Program-made: the position numbers and the translations under genes
Notes under the pieces: generated by a model
Told to the model about the DNA's origin: nothing
The model's database searches: none
Seen by the model: the letters and a program-made list of their open reading frames with translations, nothing else
NCBI GenBank assembly: GCA_964016885.1
Contig: OZ024743.1
Span: 107,012,001 to 107,076,000, forward strand
DNA: 64,000 nucleotides
Direction of reading: 5' to 3'
Origin: Eledone cirrhosa
Taxonomy: Eukaryota
Shown here: piece after piece, positions 14,801 through 29,800 of the stretch
Layout of the letters: each line of letters opens with the position of its first letter
How positions within the stretch are numbered: the first letter of the stretch is position 1

Positions 14801-17800
14801 CTTTTTTATGGGCGGGGCTGTTTTTTATTTGGGTGCCCCGTTTTTTATTTGGGTGCCCCGTTTTTTAATTTGGGTACCCCGTTTTTTATTTGGGTTCCCC
14901 ACTTTTTATTCGGGTCCCCCGTTTTTTATTTGGATGCCCCGTTTTTTATGGGGGGCCTGTTTTTTATTTGTGTGCCACGTTTTCTTATGGGGGGGCCGTT
15001 TTTTATTTGGGTCCCCCGTTTTTTATTTGGGTGCCATTTTTTTATGGGGGAGGGGGGCCGTTTTTTTATTTGGGTGCCCCGGTTTTTATGGGGCGTCCGT
15101 TCTTTATTTGGATGCCCCGTTTTTTATTTGGATGCCCCGTTTTTTAATTTTTGTGCCCCGTTATTTTATTTGGGTACCCCGTTATTTTATTTGGGTCCCC
15201 CATTTTTTATTCGGGTGCCACGTTTTTTAGTTGGATGCCCCGTTTTATTATGGGGGTCCGTTTTTTATTTGGGTGCCCCGTTTTCTTATGGGGGGTGCGT
15301 TTTTTATTTGGGTGCCCCGTTTTTTTATGGGGCGGTCCGTTTTTTATTTGGGTGCCACGTTTTTTTATGGGGGGGGCTCCGTTTTTTGTTTGTGTCCCCC
15401 GTTTTTTATTTGGGTGATTCGTTTTATTTTTTCGGTGCCCCGTTTTTTATTTGGGTGGCCCGTTTTTTATTTGGATGCCCCGTTTTTTATTTGTGTGCCC
15501 CGTTATTTTATTTGGGTGCCCCGTTTTTTATGGGGGGGTCCGTTTTTTATTTGGGTGCCCCATTTTCTTATGGGGGGGTCCGTTTTTTATTTGGGTGCCC
15601 CGGTTTTTATGGGGCGTCCGTTCTTTATTTGGATGCCCCGTTTTTTATTTGGATGCCCCGTTTTTTATTTGTGTGCCCCGTTATTTTATTTGGGTGCCCC
15701 GTTATTTTATTTGGGTCCCCCATTTTTTATTCGGGTGCCCCGTTTTTTAGTTGGATGCCCCGTTTTATTATGGGGGTCCGTTTTTTATTTGGGTGCCCCG
15801 TTTTCTTATGGGGGGTGCGTTTTTTATTTGGGTGCCCCGTTTTTTTATGGGAGGGGCGTTTATTATCTGGGTGACCTGTTTTTTATTTGGGTGCCCCGTT
15901 TTTTTATTTGGGGTGCCCCGTTTTTTATTTGGGTGCCACGTTTTTTTATGGGGGGCTCCGTTTTTTATTTGGGTCCCCGTTTTTTATTTGGGTGGCCCGT
16001 TTTATTATTTGGGTGCCCCGCTTTTTATTTGGGCGCACCGTTATTTTATGGGGGATCCGTTTTTTATTTCGGTGCCCCGTTCTTTTATGGGGGGGCACGT
16101 TTTATATTTGGGTCCCCCGTTTTTTATTTGGGTGCCCCGTTTTATTATTTCGGTGCCCCGTTTTTTATTTGGGTCCCCCGTTTTTTATTTGGGGACCCGT
16201 TTTTTATTTGGGTGCCCCGTTTTTTATTTGGGTGTCACGTTTTTTTATTTGGATGCCCCGTTTTTTATTTGGGTGCCGCGTTCTTTAAGGGGGGGCTGTT
16301 TTTACTTGGGTGCCCCGTTCTTTATGGGTGGGGTCCGTTTTTTATTTGGGTGCATAATATTTTATGCGGGGGTATCCGTTTTTTATTTGGGTGCCCGGTT
16401 TTTTATGGGGGGCCCGTTTTTTATTTGGGTGCCCCGTTTTATTATTTCGGTGCCCCGTTTTTTATTTGGGTCCCCCGTTTTTTATTTGGGGACCCGTTTT
16501 TTATTTGGGTGCCCCGTTTTTTATTTGGGTGTCACGTTTTTTTATTTGGATACCCCGTCTTTTATTTGGGTGCCCCGTTTTTTTAATTTGGGTTGCCCGT
16601 TTTTTATTTGGGTGCCCCTTTTTTATGGGGGGGCTGTTATTTATTTGGGTGCCCCGTTTTCTTATGGGGGGATCCTTTTTTTATTTGGGTGCCCCGTTTT
16701 CTTATGGGTGGTCCGTTTTTTATTTGGGTGCCCCGTTTTTTTATGGGGGGCCATTTATTATCTGGGTGCCCCGTTTTTTATTTGGGTGCCCGTTTTTTAA
16801 TTTGGGTACCCCTTTTTTGATTTGGGTCCCCCGTTTTTTATTTGGGTGCCACGTTTTTTTATAGGGGGGGGGCCGTTTTTTATTTGGGTTCCCCGTTTTT
16901 TATTTGGATGCCCCGTTTTTTATTTGTGTACCCCGTTATTTTATTTGGGTGCCCCGTTTTTTATTTGGGTGCCCCGTTTTTTTATTTGGGTGCCCCGTTA
17001 TTTTATGGGGGGGGCCGTTTTTTTATTTGGGTGCCCCGTTTTTTATTTGGGTGCCGCGTTCCTCTTATACGGGTTTCGTTTTTTATCTGGGTGCCCCGTT
17101 TTTTATTTGGATGCCCCGTTTTTTATTTGGGTGCCGCGTTCTTTAAGGGGGGGCTGTTTTTACTTGGGTGCCCCGTTCTTTATGGGTGGGGTCCGTTTTT
17201 TATTTGGGTGCCCCGTTTTTTTATGGGGGATCCGTTTTTTATCTGGGTGCCCCTTCTTTTATTTGGGTGCCACGTTTTCTTATTTGGATGCCCCGATTTT
17301 TATTTGGGTGCCCCGTTCTTTATGGGGGGGGCTGTTTTTACTTGGGTGCCCCGTTTTTTTATGGGTGGCGTCCGTTTTTTATTTGGGTGCCCCGTTTTTT
17401 ATGCCGGGGGGGTCCGTTTTTTATTTGGGTGCCCCGGTTTTTTATGCGGGGGTGTCCGTTTTTTATTTGGGTCCCACGTTTTTTTTGTGGCGGGGCCGTT
17501 TTTTATTTTGGTGCCGCGTTTTTTTATAGTGGTTTCGTTTTTTATTTGGGTGCCCCGACTTTTTTATTTGGGCTCCCCGTTTTTTTTTATTTGGGTGCCA
17601 CGTTTTTTATTTGGGTGATCCGTTTTCTTATGGGGGGGTTCGTTTTTTATTAGGGAGCCTCGTTTTTTATTTGGGTGCCCCGTATTTTATTTGGGTGCCC
17701 CGTTTTTTATGGGGGGGGGTCCATTTTTTATTTCGGTGCCCCTTTTTTTATGCGGAGGTGTCCGTTTTTTATTTGGGTGGCCCGTTTTTTTATGGGGGGT

Positions 17801-20800
17801 CCGTTTTTTTATTTGGGTGCCCCGTTTTTCATTTGGGTGCCCCGTTTTTTATTTGGGTGCCGCGTTTTTTTATAGGGGTTTCTTTTTTACTTGGGTGTCG
17901 CGTTTTTTATTTGGGTGCCCCGTTTTTTTATTTGGGTGCCCCGTTTTTTATTTGGGTTCTCCGTTTCTTTATGTGGCGGGTCCGTTTTTTATTTGGCTCC
18001 CCCGTTTTTTTATGGGGTTGGGGTGCGATTTTTATTTGGATGCTCCGTTTATTTAGGGGGGGGTCTCCGTTTTTATATGGGGGGGTCCGTCTTTCATTTG
18101 GGTGCCCCGTCTTTTCATGGGGGGGGCCCGTTTTTTATTTGGGTGCCCCGTCTTTTCATGGGGGGGCCCGTTTTTTATTTGGGTGCCCCGTTTTTTATTT
18201 GGGTTCTCCGTTTCTTTATGGGGGGATCCGTTTTTTATTTGTGTGCCCCTTTTTTTTATGTGGCGGGTCCGTTTTTTATTTGGCTCCCCCGTTTCTTTAT
18301 GGGGTTGGGGTGCGATTTTTATTTGGATGCTCCGTTTATTTAGGGGGGTCTCCGTTTTTTTATGGGGGGGTCCGTCTTTCATTTGGGTGCCCCGTCTTTT
18401 CATGGGGGGGCCCGTTTTTTATTTGGGTGCCCCGTCCTTTCATGGGGGGCCCGTTTTTTATTTGGGTGCCCCGTTTTTTATGTGGGTGCTCCGTTTTTTT
18501 AGGGGCGGCGTTTTTTAGGGGGGGATCGTTTTTTATATGGGTGCCCCGCTTTATTATGGGGGCGGGTCCGTTTTCTATTTGGATGCCCCGTATTTTATTT
18601 GGGTGCCCCGTTTTTTATTTGGGTGCCCCGTTTTTTATTTGGGTGCCCCGTTTTTTTTGTGGCGGGGCCGTTTTTTATTTTGGTGCCGCGTTTTTTTATA
18701 GGGGTTTCGTTTTTTATTTGGGTGCCTCGTTTTTTATTTGGGCTCCCCGTTTTTTTTATTTGGGTGCCCCGTTTTTTATTTGGGTGATCCGTTTTTTTAT
18801 GGAGGGGTTCGTTTTTTATTTGGGTGCCTCGTTTTTTACTGGGTGCCCCGTATTTTATTTGGGTGCCCCGTTTTTTATGGGGTGGGTCCGTTTTTTATTT
18901 GGGTGCCCCGTTTTTTTATGCGGAGGTGTCCGTTTTTTATTTGGGTGGCCCGTTTTTTTATGGGGGGTCCGTTTTTTTATTTGGGTGCCCCGTTTTTCAT
19001 TTGGGTGACCCGTTTTTTATTTGGGTGCCGCGTTTTTTTATAGGGGTTTCTTTTTTATTTGGGTGTCGCGTTTTTTATTTGGGTGCCCCGTTTTTTTATT
19101 TGGGTGCCCCGTTTTTTATTTGGGTTCTCCGTTTCTTTATGGGGGATCCGTTTTTTATTTGTATGCCCCTTTTTTTATGTGGCGGGTCCGTTTTTTATTT
19201 GGCTCCCCCGTTTTTTTATGGGGTTGGGGTGCCATTTTTATTTGGATGCTCCGTTTATTTAGGGGGGGGTCTCCGTTTTTTTATGGGGGGGTCCGTCTTT
19301 CATTTGGGTGCCCCGTCTTTTCATGGGGGGGCCCGTTTTTTATTTGGGTGCCCCGTCTTTTCATGGGGGGGCCCGTTTTTTATTTTGGTGCCCCGTTTTT
19401 TATGGGGGGTATCCGTTTTTTATTTGGGTGCCCCATTTTTTATGGGGGTCCGTTTTTTATTTGGGTGCCCCATTTTTTATTTGGATGCCCCGTTTTGTAT
19501 TTGGGTGCCCCGTTTTTTAATTTGGGTGCCCCGTTTTTTATTTGTGTGCCCGTTTTTTATGGGGGGGCTGTTTTTTATTTGGGTGCCCCTTTTTTTTATG
19601 GGAGGTGTCCGTTTTTTATTTGGGTGCCCCGTTTTTTATGGGGGGGTCCGTTTTTTATTTGGGTGCCCCGTTATTTTATGGGGGGGTCCGTTTTTTATTT
19701 AGGTGCCCCGTTATTTTATGGGGTGGCCGTTTTTTATTGGGGTGCGCCGTTTTTTATTTGAGTGCCCCGTTTTTTTATGGGGGTGTCCGTTTGTTATTTG
19801 GAGGCCCCGTTTTTTATTTTGGTGCCCCGTTTTTTAATGGGGGGTCCGTTTTTTATTTGGGTGCATAATTTTTTATGCGGGGGTATCCGTTTTTTATTTG
19901 GGTGCCCCGTTTTTTATGGGGGGCCCGTTTTTTATTTGGGTGCCCTGTTTTTTATTTGGATGCCCCGTTTTTTATATGGATGCCGCGTTTTTTTTATACG
20001 GGTTTCGTTTTTCATTTGGATGCCCCGTTTTTTATTTGGGTGCCCCGTTTTTTTAATTTGGGTTGCTCGTTTTTTATTTGGGTGCCCCTTTTTTATGGGG
20101 GGGGCTGTTTTTTATTTGGGTGCCCCGTTTTCTTATGGGGGGGGGGTCCTTTTTTTATTTGGGTGCCCCGTTTTCTTATGGGGGGTCCGTTTTCTATTTG
20201 GGTGCCCCGTTTTTTTATGGGGGGCCATTTATTATCTGGGTGCCCCGTTTTTTATTTGGGTGCCCCGTTTTTTAATTTGGGTACCCCGTTTTTGATTTGG
20301 GTCCCCCGTTTTTTATTTGGGTGCCACGTTTTTTAATGGGGGGGGGCGTTTTTTATTTGGGTTCCCCGTTATTTTATTTGGGTGCCCCGTTTTTTATTTG
20401 GGTGCCCCGTTTTTTTATTTGGGTGCCCCGTTATTTTATGGGGGGGCAGTTTTTTATTTGGGTGCCCCGTTTTTTATTTGGGTGCCGCGTTCCTCTTATA
20501 CGGGTTTCGTTTTTTATCTGGGTGCCCCGTTTTTTATTTGGGTGCCACGTTTTTTTATTTGGATGCCCCGTTTTTTATTTGGGTGCCGCGTTCTTTAGGG
20601 GGGGGGGCTGTTTTTACTTGGGTGCCCCGTTCTTTATGGGTGGGGTCCGTTTTTTATTTGGGTGCCCCGTTTTTTTATGGGGATCCGTTTTTTATCTGGG
20701 TGCCCCGTTTTTTATTTGGGTGCCACGTTTTTTTATTTGGATGCCCCGATTTTTATTTGGGTGCCCCGTTCTTTATGGGGGGGGCTGTTTTTACTTGGGT

Positions 20801-23800
20801 GCCCCGTTTTTTTATGGGTGGCGTCCGTTTTTTATTTGGGTGCCCTGTTTTTTATGCCGGGGGGGGGGTCCGTTTTTTATTTGGGTGTCCCTTTTTTTAT
20901 TTGGGTGCCCCGTCTTTTCATGGGGGGGCCCGTTTTTTATTTGGGTGCCCCGTTTTTTATTTGGGTTCTCCGTTTCTTTATGGGGGGATCCGTTTTTTAT
21001 TTGTGTGCCCCTTTTTTTTATGTGGCGGGTCCGTTTTTTATTTGGCTCCCCCGTTTCTTTATGGGGTTGGGGTGCGATTTTTATTTGGATGCTCCGTTTA
21101 TTTAGGGGGGTCTCCGTTTTTTTATGGGGGGGTCCGTCTTTCATTTGGGTGCCCCGTCTTTTCATGGGGGGGCCCGTTTTTTATTTGGGTGCCCCGTCCT
21201 TTCATGGGGGGCCCGTTTTTTATTTGGGTGCCCCGTTTTTTATGTGGGTGCTCCGTTTTTTTAGGGGCGGCGTTTTTTAGGGGGGGATCGTTTTTTATAT
21301 GGGTGCCCCGCTTTATTATGGGGGCGGGTCCGTTTTCTATTTGGATGCCCCGTATTTTATTTGGGTGCCCCGTTTTTTATTTGGGTGCCCCGTTTTTTAT
21401 TTGGGTGCCCCGTTTTTTTTGTGGCGGGGCCGTTTTTTATTTTGGTGCCGCGTTTTTTTATAGGGGTTTCGTTTTTTATTTGGGTGCCTCGTTTTTTATT
21501 TGGGCTCCCCGTTTTTTTTATTTGGGTGCCCCGTTTTTTATTTGGGTGATCCGTTTTTTTATGGAGGGGTTCGTTTTTTATTTGGGTGCCTCGTTTTTTA
21601 CTGGGTGCCCCGTATTTTATTTGGGTGCCCCGTTTTTTATGGGGTGGGTCCGTTTTTTATTTGGGTGCCCCGTTTTTTTATGCGGAGGTGTCCGTTTTTT
21701 ATTTGGGTGGCCCGTTTTTTTATGGGGGGTCCGTTTTTTTATTTGGGTGCCCCGTTTTTCATTTGGGTGACCCGTTTTTTATTTGGGTGCCGCGTTTTTT
21801 TATAGGGGTTTCTTTTTTATTTGGGTGTCGCGTTTTTTATTTGGGTGCCCCGTTTTTTTATTTGGGTGCCCCGTTTTTTATTTGGGTTCTCCGTTTCTTT
21901 ATGGGGGATCCGTTTTTTATTTGTATGCCCCTTTTTTTATGTGGCGGGTCCGTTTTTTATTTGGCTCCCCCGTTTTTTTATGGGGTTGGGGTGCCATTTT
22001 TATTTGGATGCTCCGTTTATTTAGGGGGGGGTCTCCGTTTTTTTATGGGGGGGTCCGTCTTTCATTTGGGTGCCCCGTCTTTTCATGGGGGGGCCCGTTT
22101 TTTATTTGGGTGCCCCGTCTTTTCATGGGGGGGCCCGTTTTTTATTTTGGTGCCCCGTTTTTTATGGGGGGTATCCGTTTTTTATTTGGGTGCCCCATTT
22201 TTTATGGGGGTCCGTTTTTTATTTGGGTGCCCCATTTTTTATTTGGATGCCCCGTTTTGTATTTGGGTGCCCCGTTTTTTAATTTGGGTGCCCCGTTTTT
22301 TATTTGTGTGCCCGTTTTTTATGGGGGGGCTGTTTTTTATTTGGGTGCCCCTTTTTTTTATGGGAGGTGTCCGTTTTTTATTTGGGTGCCCCGTTTTTTA
22401 TGGGGGGGTCCGTTTTTTATTTGGGTGCCCCGTTATTTTATGGGGGGGTCCGTTTTTTATTTAGGTGCCCCGTTATTTTATGGGGTGGCCGTTTTTTATT
22501 GGGGTGCGCCGTTTTTTATTTGAGTGCCCCGTTTTTTTATGGGGGTGTCCGTTTGTTATTTGGAGGCCCCGTTTTTTATTTTGGTGCCCCGTTTTTTAAT
22601 GGGGGGTCCGTTTTTTATTTGGGTGCATAATTTTTTATGCGGGGGTATCCGTTTTTTATTTGGGTGCCCCGTTTTTTATGGGGGGCCCGTTTTTTATTTG
22701 GGTGCCCTGTTTTTTATTTGGATGCCCCGTTTTTTATATGGATGCCGCGTTTTTTTTATACGGGTTTCGTTTTTCATTTGGATGCCCCGTTTTTTATTTG
22801 GGTGCCCCGTTTTTTTAATTTGGGTTGCTCGTTTTTTATTTGGGTGCCCCTTTTTTATGGGGGGGGCTGTTTTTTATTTGGGTGCCCCGTTTTCTTATGG
22901 GGGGGGGGTCCTTTTTTTATTTGGGTGCCCCGTTTTCTTATGGGGGGTCCGTTTTCTATTTGGGTGCCCCGTTTTTTTATGGGGGGCCATTTATTATCTG
23001 GGTGCCCCGTTTTTTATTTGGGTGCCCCGTTTTTTAATTTGGGTACCCCGTTTTTGATTTGGGTCCCCCGTTTTTTATTTGGGTGCCACGTTTTTTAATG
23101 GGGGGGGGCGTTTTTTATTTGGGTTCCCCGTTATTTTATTTGGGTGCCCCGTTTTTTATTTGGGTGCCCCGTTTTTTTATTTGGGTGCCCCGTTATTTTA
23201 TGGGGGGGCAGTTTTTTATTTGGGTGCCCCGTTTTTTATTTGGGTGCCGCGTTCCTCTTATACGGGTTTCGTTTTTTATCTGGGTGCCCCGTTTTTTATT
23301 TGGGTGCCACGTTTTTTTATTTGGATGCCCCGTTTTTTATTTGGGTGCCGCGTTCTTTAGGGGGGGGGGCTGTTTTTACTTGGGTGCCCCGTTCTTTATG
23401 GGTGGGGTCCGTTTTTTATTTGGGTGCCCCGTTTTTTTATGGGGATCCGTTTTTTATCTGGGTGCCCCGTTTTTTATTTGGGTGCCACGTTTTTTTATTT
23501 GGATGCCCCGATTTTTATTTGGGTGCCCCGTTCTTTATGGGGGGGGCTGTTTTTACTTGGGTGCCCCGTTTTTTTATGGGTGGCGTCCGTTTTTTATTTG
23601 GGTGCCCTGTTTTTTATGCCGGGGGGGGGGTCCGTTTTTTATTTGGGTGTCCCTTTTTTTATTTGGGTGCCCCGTCTTTTCATGGGGGGGCCCGTTTTTT
23701 ATTTGGGTGCCCCGTTTTTTATTTGGGTTCTCCGTTTCTTTATGGGGGGATCCGTTTTTTATTTGTGTGCCCCTTTTTTTATGTGGCGGGTCCGTTTTTT

Positions 23801-26800
23801 ATTTGGCTCCCCCGTTTTTTTCTGGGGTTGGGGTGCGATTTTTATTTGGATGCTCCGTTTATTTAGGGGGGTCTCCGTTTTTTTATGGGGGGGTCCGTCT
23901 TTCATTTGGGTGCCCCGTCTTTTCATGGGGGGGGCCGTTTTTTATTTGGGTGGCCCGTCTTTTCATGGGGGGGCCCGTTTTTTATTTGGGTGCCCCGTTT
24001 TTTATTTGGGTTCCCCGTTTTTTATGTGGGTGCTCCGTTTTTTTAGGGGGGGGCGTTTTTTATGGGGCGGTCCGTTTTTTATATGGGTGCCCCGCTTTAT
24101 TATGGGGGCGGGTCCGTTTTCTATTTGGATGCCCCGTATTTTATTTGGGTGCCCCGTTTTTTATTTGGGTGCCCCGTTTTTTATTTGGGTGCCCCGTTTT
24201 TTTTGTGGCGGGGCCGTTTTTTATTTTGGTGCCGCGTTTTTTTATAGGGGTTTCGTTTTTTATTTGGGTGCCTCGTTTTTTATTTGGGCTCCCCGTTTTT
24301 TTTATTTGGGTGCCCCGTTTTTTATTTGGGTGATCCGTTTTTTTATGGAGGGGTTCGTTTTTTATTTGGGTGCCTCGTTTTTTATTTTTGTGCCCCGTAT
24401 TTTATTTGGGTGCCCCGTTTTTTATGGGGGGGGTGTCCGTTTTTTATTTGGGTGCCCCATTTTTTTATGCGGAGGTGTCCGTTTTTTATTTGGGTGCCCC
24501 GTTTTTTTATGGGGGGTCCGTTTTTTATTTGGGTGCCCCGTTTTTCATTTGGGTGCCCCGTTTTTTATTTGGGTGCCGCGTTTTTTTATAGGGGTTTGTT
24601 TTTTACTTGGGTGTCGCGTTTTTTATTTGGGTGCCCCGTTTTTTTATTTGGGTGCCCCGTTTTTTATTTGGGTTCTCCGTTTTTTTATGGGGGGATCCTT
24701 TTTCTATTTGTGTGCCCCGTTTTTTTATGTGGCGGGTCCGTTTTTTATTTGGCTCCCTCGTTTTTTTATGGGGTCGGGGTCCAAATTTTTATTTGGGTGC
24801 TCCGTTTATTTATGGGAGGGTCTCCGTTTTTTTATGGGTGGGTCCGTCTTTCATTTGGGTGCCCCGTTAGTTATGGGGGGGGCCGTTTTTTATTTGGGTG
24901 CCCCGTTTTTCATTTGGGTGGCCCGTTTTTCATGTGGGGGGCCCGTTTTTTATTTGGGTGCCCCGTTTTTTTATTTGGGTGCCCCGTTTTTTAAGGGGGG
25001 ATCCGTTTTTTATTTGTGTGCCCCTTTTTTATGTGGCGGGTCCGTTTTATATTTGGCTCCCCCGTTTTTTATGGGGTTGGGGTGCGATTTTTATTTGGGT
25101 GCTCCGTTTATTTAGGGGGGGGTCTCCGTTTTTATATGGGGAGGTCCGTCTTTCATTTGGGTGCCCCCGTCTTTTCATGGGGGGGGGGCGTTTTTTATCT
25201 GGGTACCCCGTTTTTTTATTTGGGTTCCCCGTTTTTTATGTGGGTGCTCCGTTTTTTTAGCGGGGGGTCCGTTTTTTATGGGGGGGTCCGTTTTTTATAT
25301 GGGTGCCCCGTTTTATTATGGGGGTGGGTCCGTTTTCTATTTGGATGCCCCGTATTTTAGTTGGGTGCCCCGATTTTTATTTGGGTGCCCCGTTTTTTTA
25401 TGGGGGTGTCCATTTTTTATTTGGGTGCCCCGTTATTTGTATGGGGGGGTCCGTTTTTTATTTGGGTGCCCCGTTATTTTTATGGAGTGTCCGTATTTTA
25501 TTTGGGTGCCCCATTTTTTATTTGGGTGTCCGGTTCTTTATTTGGGTGCCCCGTTTTTTATTTGGGTGCCCCGTTTTTTATTTGGGTGCGCCGTTTTTTT
25601 ATTGGGGGGGGGTCCGTTTTTATTTTTAGGTGCCTCGTTTTTTTATTTGGGTGCCCCGTTTTTTTATTTGGGTGCCCCGTTTTTTATTTGGGTGCGCCGT
25701 TTTTTTTATTGGGGGTCCGTTTTTTAGTTGGGCGCCCCGTTATTTTTATGGTGGGGTCCGTATTTTATTTGGGTGCCCCGTTACTTTTATGGTGGGTTCC
25801 GTATTTTATTTGGGTGCCCCGTTTTTTTATTTTGGTGGTCCGTTTTTTATTTGGGTGCCCCGTTTTTTATTTGGGTGCCCGTTTCTTTATGGGGGGGTTC
25901 GTTTTTTATTTGGGTTCCCCGTTTTTTATGGGGGGGGGGGCTTTTTTTATTTGGGTGCCCCGTTACTTTTATGGGGGGGGTCCGTATTTTATTTGGGTGT
26001 CCCGTTTTTTATTTGGGTGGCCCGTTTTTTATTTGGGTGACCCGTTTCTTTATAGGGAGGTCCGTTTTCTATTTGGGTGTACTGTTTTTTATGGGGGGGG
26101 GGTCCGTTTTTTATTTGGGTGCCCCGTTTTAGATTTGGGTGCCCCGTTTTTTAATTGGGTGCACCGTTTTTTATTTGGGCGCCCCGACTTTTTGATGGGG
26201 GGGTCCGTTTTTATTTGGGTGCCCCGTTTTTTCATGGGGGATCCGTTTCTTATTTGGGGCCCCGTTTTTTATGCCGGGGGGAGGGTCCGTTTTTTATGCG
26301 GGTGTCCCGTTTTTTATTTGGGTGCCCCGTTCTTTTATCTGGGTGACCGTTTTTTTTATAGGGAGGTCCGTTTTTTATTTGGGTGCCCCGTTTTTTTATG
26401 GGGGGGGTCCGCTTTTTATTTGGGTGCCCCTTTTTTTATGGGGGGGTGTCCGTTTTTTCTTTGGGTGCTGCGTTCTTTTATACGGGTTTCGTTTTTTATT
26501 TGGGTGCCCCGTTCTTTTATCTGGGTGCCCGTTTTTTTTATAGGGAGGTCCGTTTTTTATTTGGGTGCCCCGTTTTTTTATGGGGGGGTCCGTCTTTCAT
26601 TTGGGTGCCCCGTCTTTTCATGGGGGGGCCCGTTTTTTATTTGGGTGCCCCGACTTTTCATGGGGGGGCCCGTTTTTATTTGGGTGCCCCGTTTTTTTAT
26701 TTGGGTTCCCCGTTTTTTATGTGGGTGCTCCGTTTTTTTAGGGGGGGGGCGTTTTTTATGGGGGGTCCGTTTTTTATATGGGTGCCCCGTTTATTATGGG

Positions 26801-29800
26801 GGCGGGTCCGTTTTCTATTTGGATGCCCCGTATTTTATTTGGGTGCCCCGTTCTTTATTTGGGTGCCCCGTTTTTTATTTGGGTGCCCCGTTTTTTTTGT
26901 GGCGGGGCCGTTTTTTATTTTGGTGCCGCGTTTTTTTATAGGGGTTTCGTTTTTTATTTGGGTGCCTCGTTTTTTATTTGGGCTCCCCGTTTTTTTTATT
27001 TGGGTGCCCCGTTTTTTATTTGGGTGATCCGTTTTTTTATGGAGGGGTTCGTTTTTTATTTGGGTGCCTCGTTTTTTATTTGGGTGCCCCGTATTTTATT
27101 TGGGTGCCCCGTTTTTTATGGGGGGCGGGTCCGTTCTTTATTTGTGTGCCCCGTTTTTTTATGCGGAGGTGTCCGTTTTTTATTTGGGTGCCCCGTTTTT
27201 TTATGGGGGGTCCGTTTTTTATTTGGGTGCCCCGTTTTTCATTTGGGTGCCCCGTTTTTTATTTGGGTGCCGCGTTTTTTTATAGGGGTTTCTTTTTCAT
27301 TTGGGTTCCCCGTTTTTTATGTGGGTGCTCCGTTTTTTTAGCGGGGGGTCCGTTTTTTATGGGGGGGGTCCGTTTTTTATATGGGTGCCCCGTTTTATTA
27401 TGGGGGCGGGTCCGTTTTCTATTTGGATGCCCCGTATTTTAGTTGGGTGCCCCGTTTTTTATTTGGGTGCCCCGTTTTTTTATGGGGGTGTCCATTTTTT
27501 GTTTGGGTGCCCCGTTATTTGTATGGGGGGGTCCGTTTTTTATTTGGGTGCCCCGTTATTTTTATGGAGTGTCCGTATTTTATTTGGGTGCCCCATTTTT
27601 TATTTGGGTGTCCGGTTCTTTATTTGGGTGCCCCGTTATTTTTATGGAGTGTCCGTATTTTATTTGGGTGCCCCATTTTTTATTTGGGTGTCCGGTTCTT
27701 TATTTGGGTGCCCCGTTTTTTATTTGGGTGCGCCGTTTTATTATTGGGGGGGGGGTCCGTTTTTATTTTTAGGTGCCTCGTTTTTTTTATTTGGGTGCCC
27801 CGTTTTTTTATTTGGGTGCCCCGTTTTTTATTTGGGTGCGCCGTTTTTTTATTGGGGGTCCGTTTTTTAGTTGGGTGCCCCGTTATTTTTATGGTGGGGT
27901 CCGTATTTTATTTGGGTGCCCCGTTACTTTTATGGTGGGTTCCGTATTTTATTTGGGTGCCCCGTTTTTTTTATTTTGGTGGTCCGTTTTTTATTTGGGT
28001 GCCCCGTTTTTTATTTGGGTGCCCGTTTCTTTATGGGGGGGTTCGTTTTTTATTTGGGTGCCCCGTTTTTTTATGGGGGGGGGGGCTTTTTTTATTTGGG
28101 TGCCCCGTTACATTTATGGGGGGGTCCGTATTTTATTTGGGTGTCCCGTTTTTTATTTGGGTGTCCCGTTTTTTATTTGGGTGGCCCGTTTTTTATTTGG
28201 GTGACCCGTTTCTTTATAGGGAGGTCCGTTTTCTATTTGGGTGTACTGTTTTTTATGGGGGGGGGTCCGTTTTTTATTTGGGTGCCCCGTTTTTTTATGG
28301 GGGGGGGTCCGCTTTTTATTTGGGTGCCCCGTTTTTTTATGGGGGGGTGTCCGTTTTTTCTTTGGGTGCTGCGTTCTTTTATACGGGTTTCGTTTTTCAT
28401 TTGGGTGCCCCGTTCTTTTATCTGGGTGCCCGTTTTTTTTATAGGGAGGTCCGTTTTTTATTTGGGTGCCCCGTTTTTTTATGGGGGGGTCCGTTGGTTA
28501 TTTGGGTGCCCCGTTTTTTTTATGGGGGGCTGTCCGATTTTTATTTGGGTGCCCCGTTTTTTTATGCGTGGGCGTCCAGTTTTTATTTGGGTGCCCCGTT
28601 CTTTATGGGGTGTCCGTTTTTTATTTGGGTGCCCCGTTTTTTATTTGGGTGCCCCGTTTTTTATTTGGGTGCTCCGTTTCTTATTTGGGTGCCCCTTTTT
28701 TTATTTGGGTGACCCGTTTCTTTATGGGGGGGGTCCGTTTTTTATTTGGGTGCACCGTTTTTTTTATGGGAGGTCCGTTCTTTTATCAGGGTGCCGCGTT
28801 TTTTATTTGTGTGCCCCGTTTTTTTATGGGGGTGTCCGCTTTTTATTTGGGTGCCCCGTTTTTTATGCCGGGGCTCCGTTTTTTATTTGGGTGCGCCGTT
28901 TTTCTTATTTGGGTGCCCTGTTTTTTATTTGGGTGCCCCGTTTTTTTATGGGGAGGATCCGTTTTTTATTTGGGTGCCCCGTTTTCTTATGGGGGCGTCC
29001 GTTTTTTATTTGGGTGCTCGGTTTTTTTATTTGGGTGCACCGTTTTTTATTTGGGTGCCCCGTATTTTTATGGGGGGGTCTGTTTTTTATTTGGGTGCCA
29101 CGTTTTTTATTTGAGTGCACCGTTATAGGGGCCTCCGTTTTTATTGGGTGCCCCGTTTTTTTATTTGGGTGCCCCGTTTTTTTATGGGGGTCCGTTTTTC
29201 ATCTAGGTGCCCCGTTTTTTTATTTGGCTGCACCGTTTTTTATTTGGGTTCCCCGTTTTTTTATGGGGGGATCCGTTTTTTATTTCGTTACCCCGTTTTT
29301 TGGGGGGTTGCCCCGTATTTTTATGGTGGGGCGTCATTTATTTATGGGGGGTCCGTTTTTTATTTGGGTGCCCCGTTTTTTATTTGGGTGCCCCGGTTTT
29401 TATTTGGCTGCCCCGTTTTTTATTTGGGTTCCCCGTTTTTTTATTTGGGTGCCCCGTTTTTTATTTGGGTGCCCCGTTTTTTCATGGGGGTGGGTCCGTT
29501 TTTTATTTGGGTGCCCCGTTATTTTTATGGAGTGTCCGTATTTTATTTGGGTGCCCCATTTTTTATTTGGGTGTCCGGTTCTTTATTTGGGTGCCCCGTT
29601 ATTTTTATGGAGTGTCCGTATTTTATTTGGGTGCCCCATTTTTTATTTGGGTGTCCGGTTTTTTATTTGGGTGCCCCGTTTTTTATTTGGGTGCCCCGTT
29701 TTTTATTTGGGTGCGCCGTTTTTTTATTGGGGGGGGGTCCGTTTTTATTTTTAGGTGCCTGGTTTTTTTATTTGGGTGCCCCGTTTTTTTATTTGGGTGC

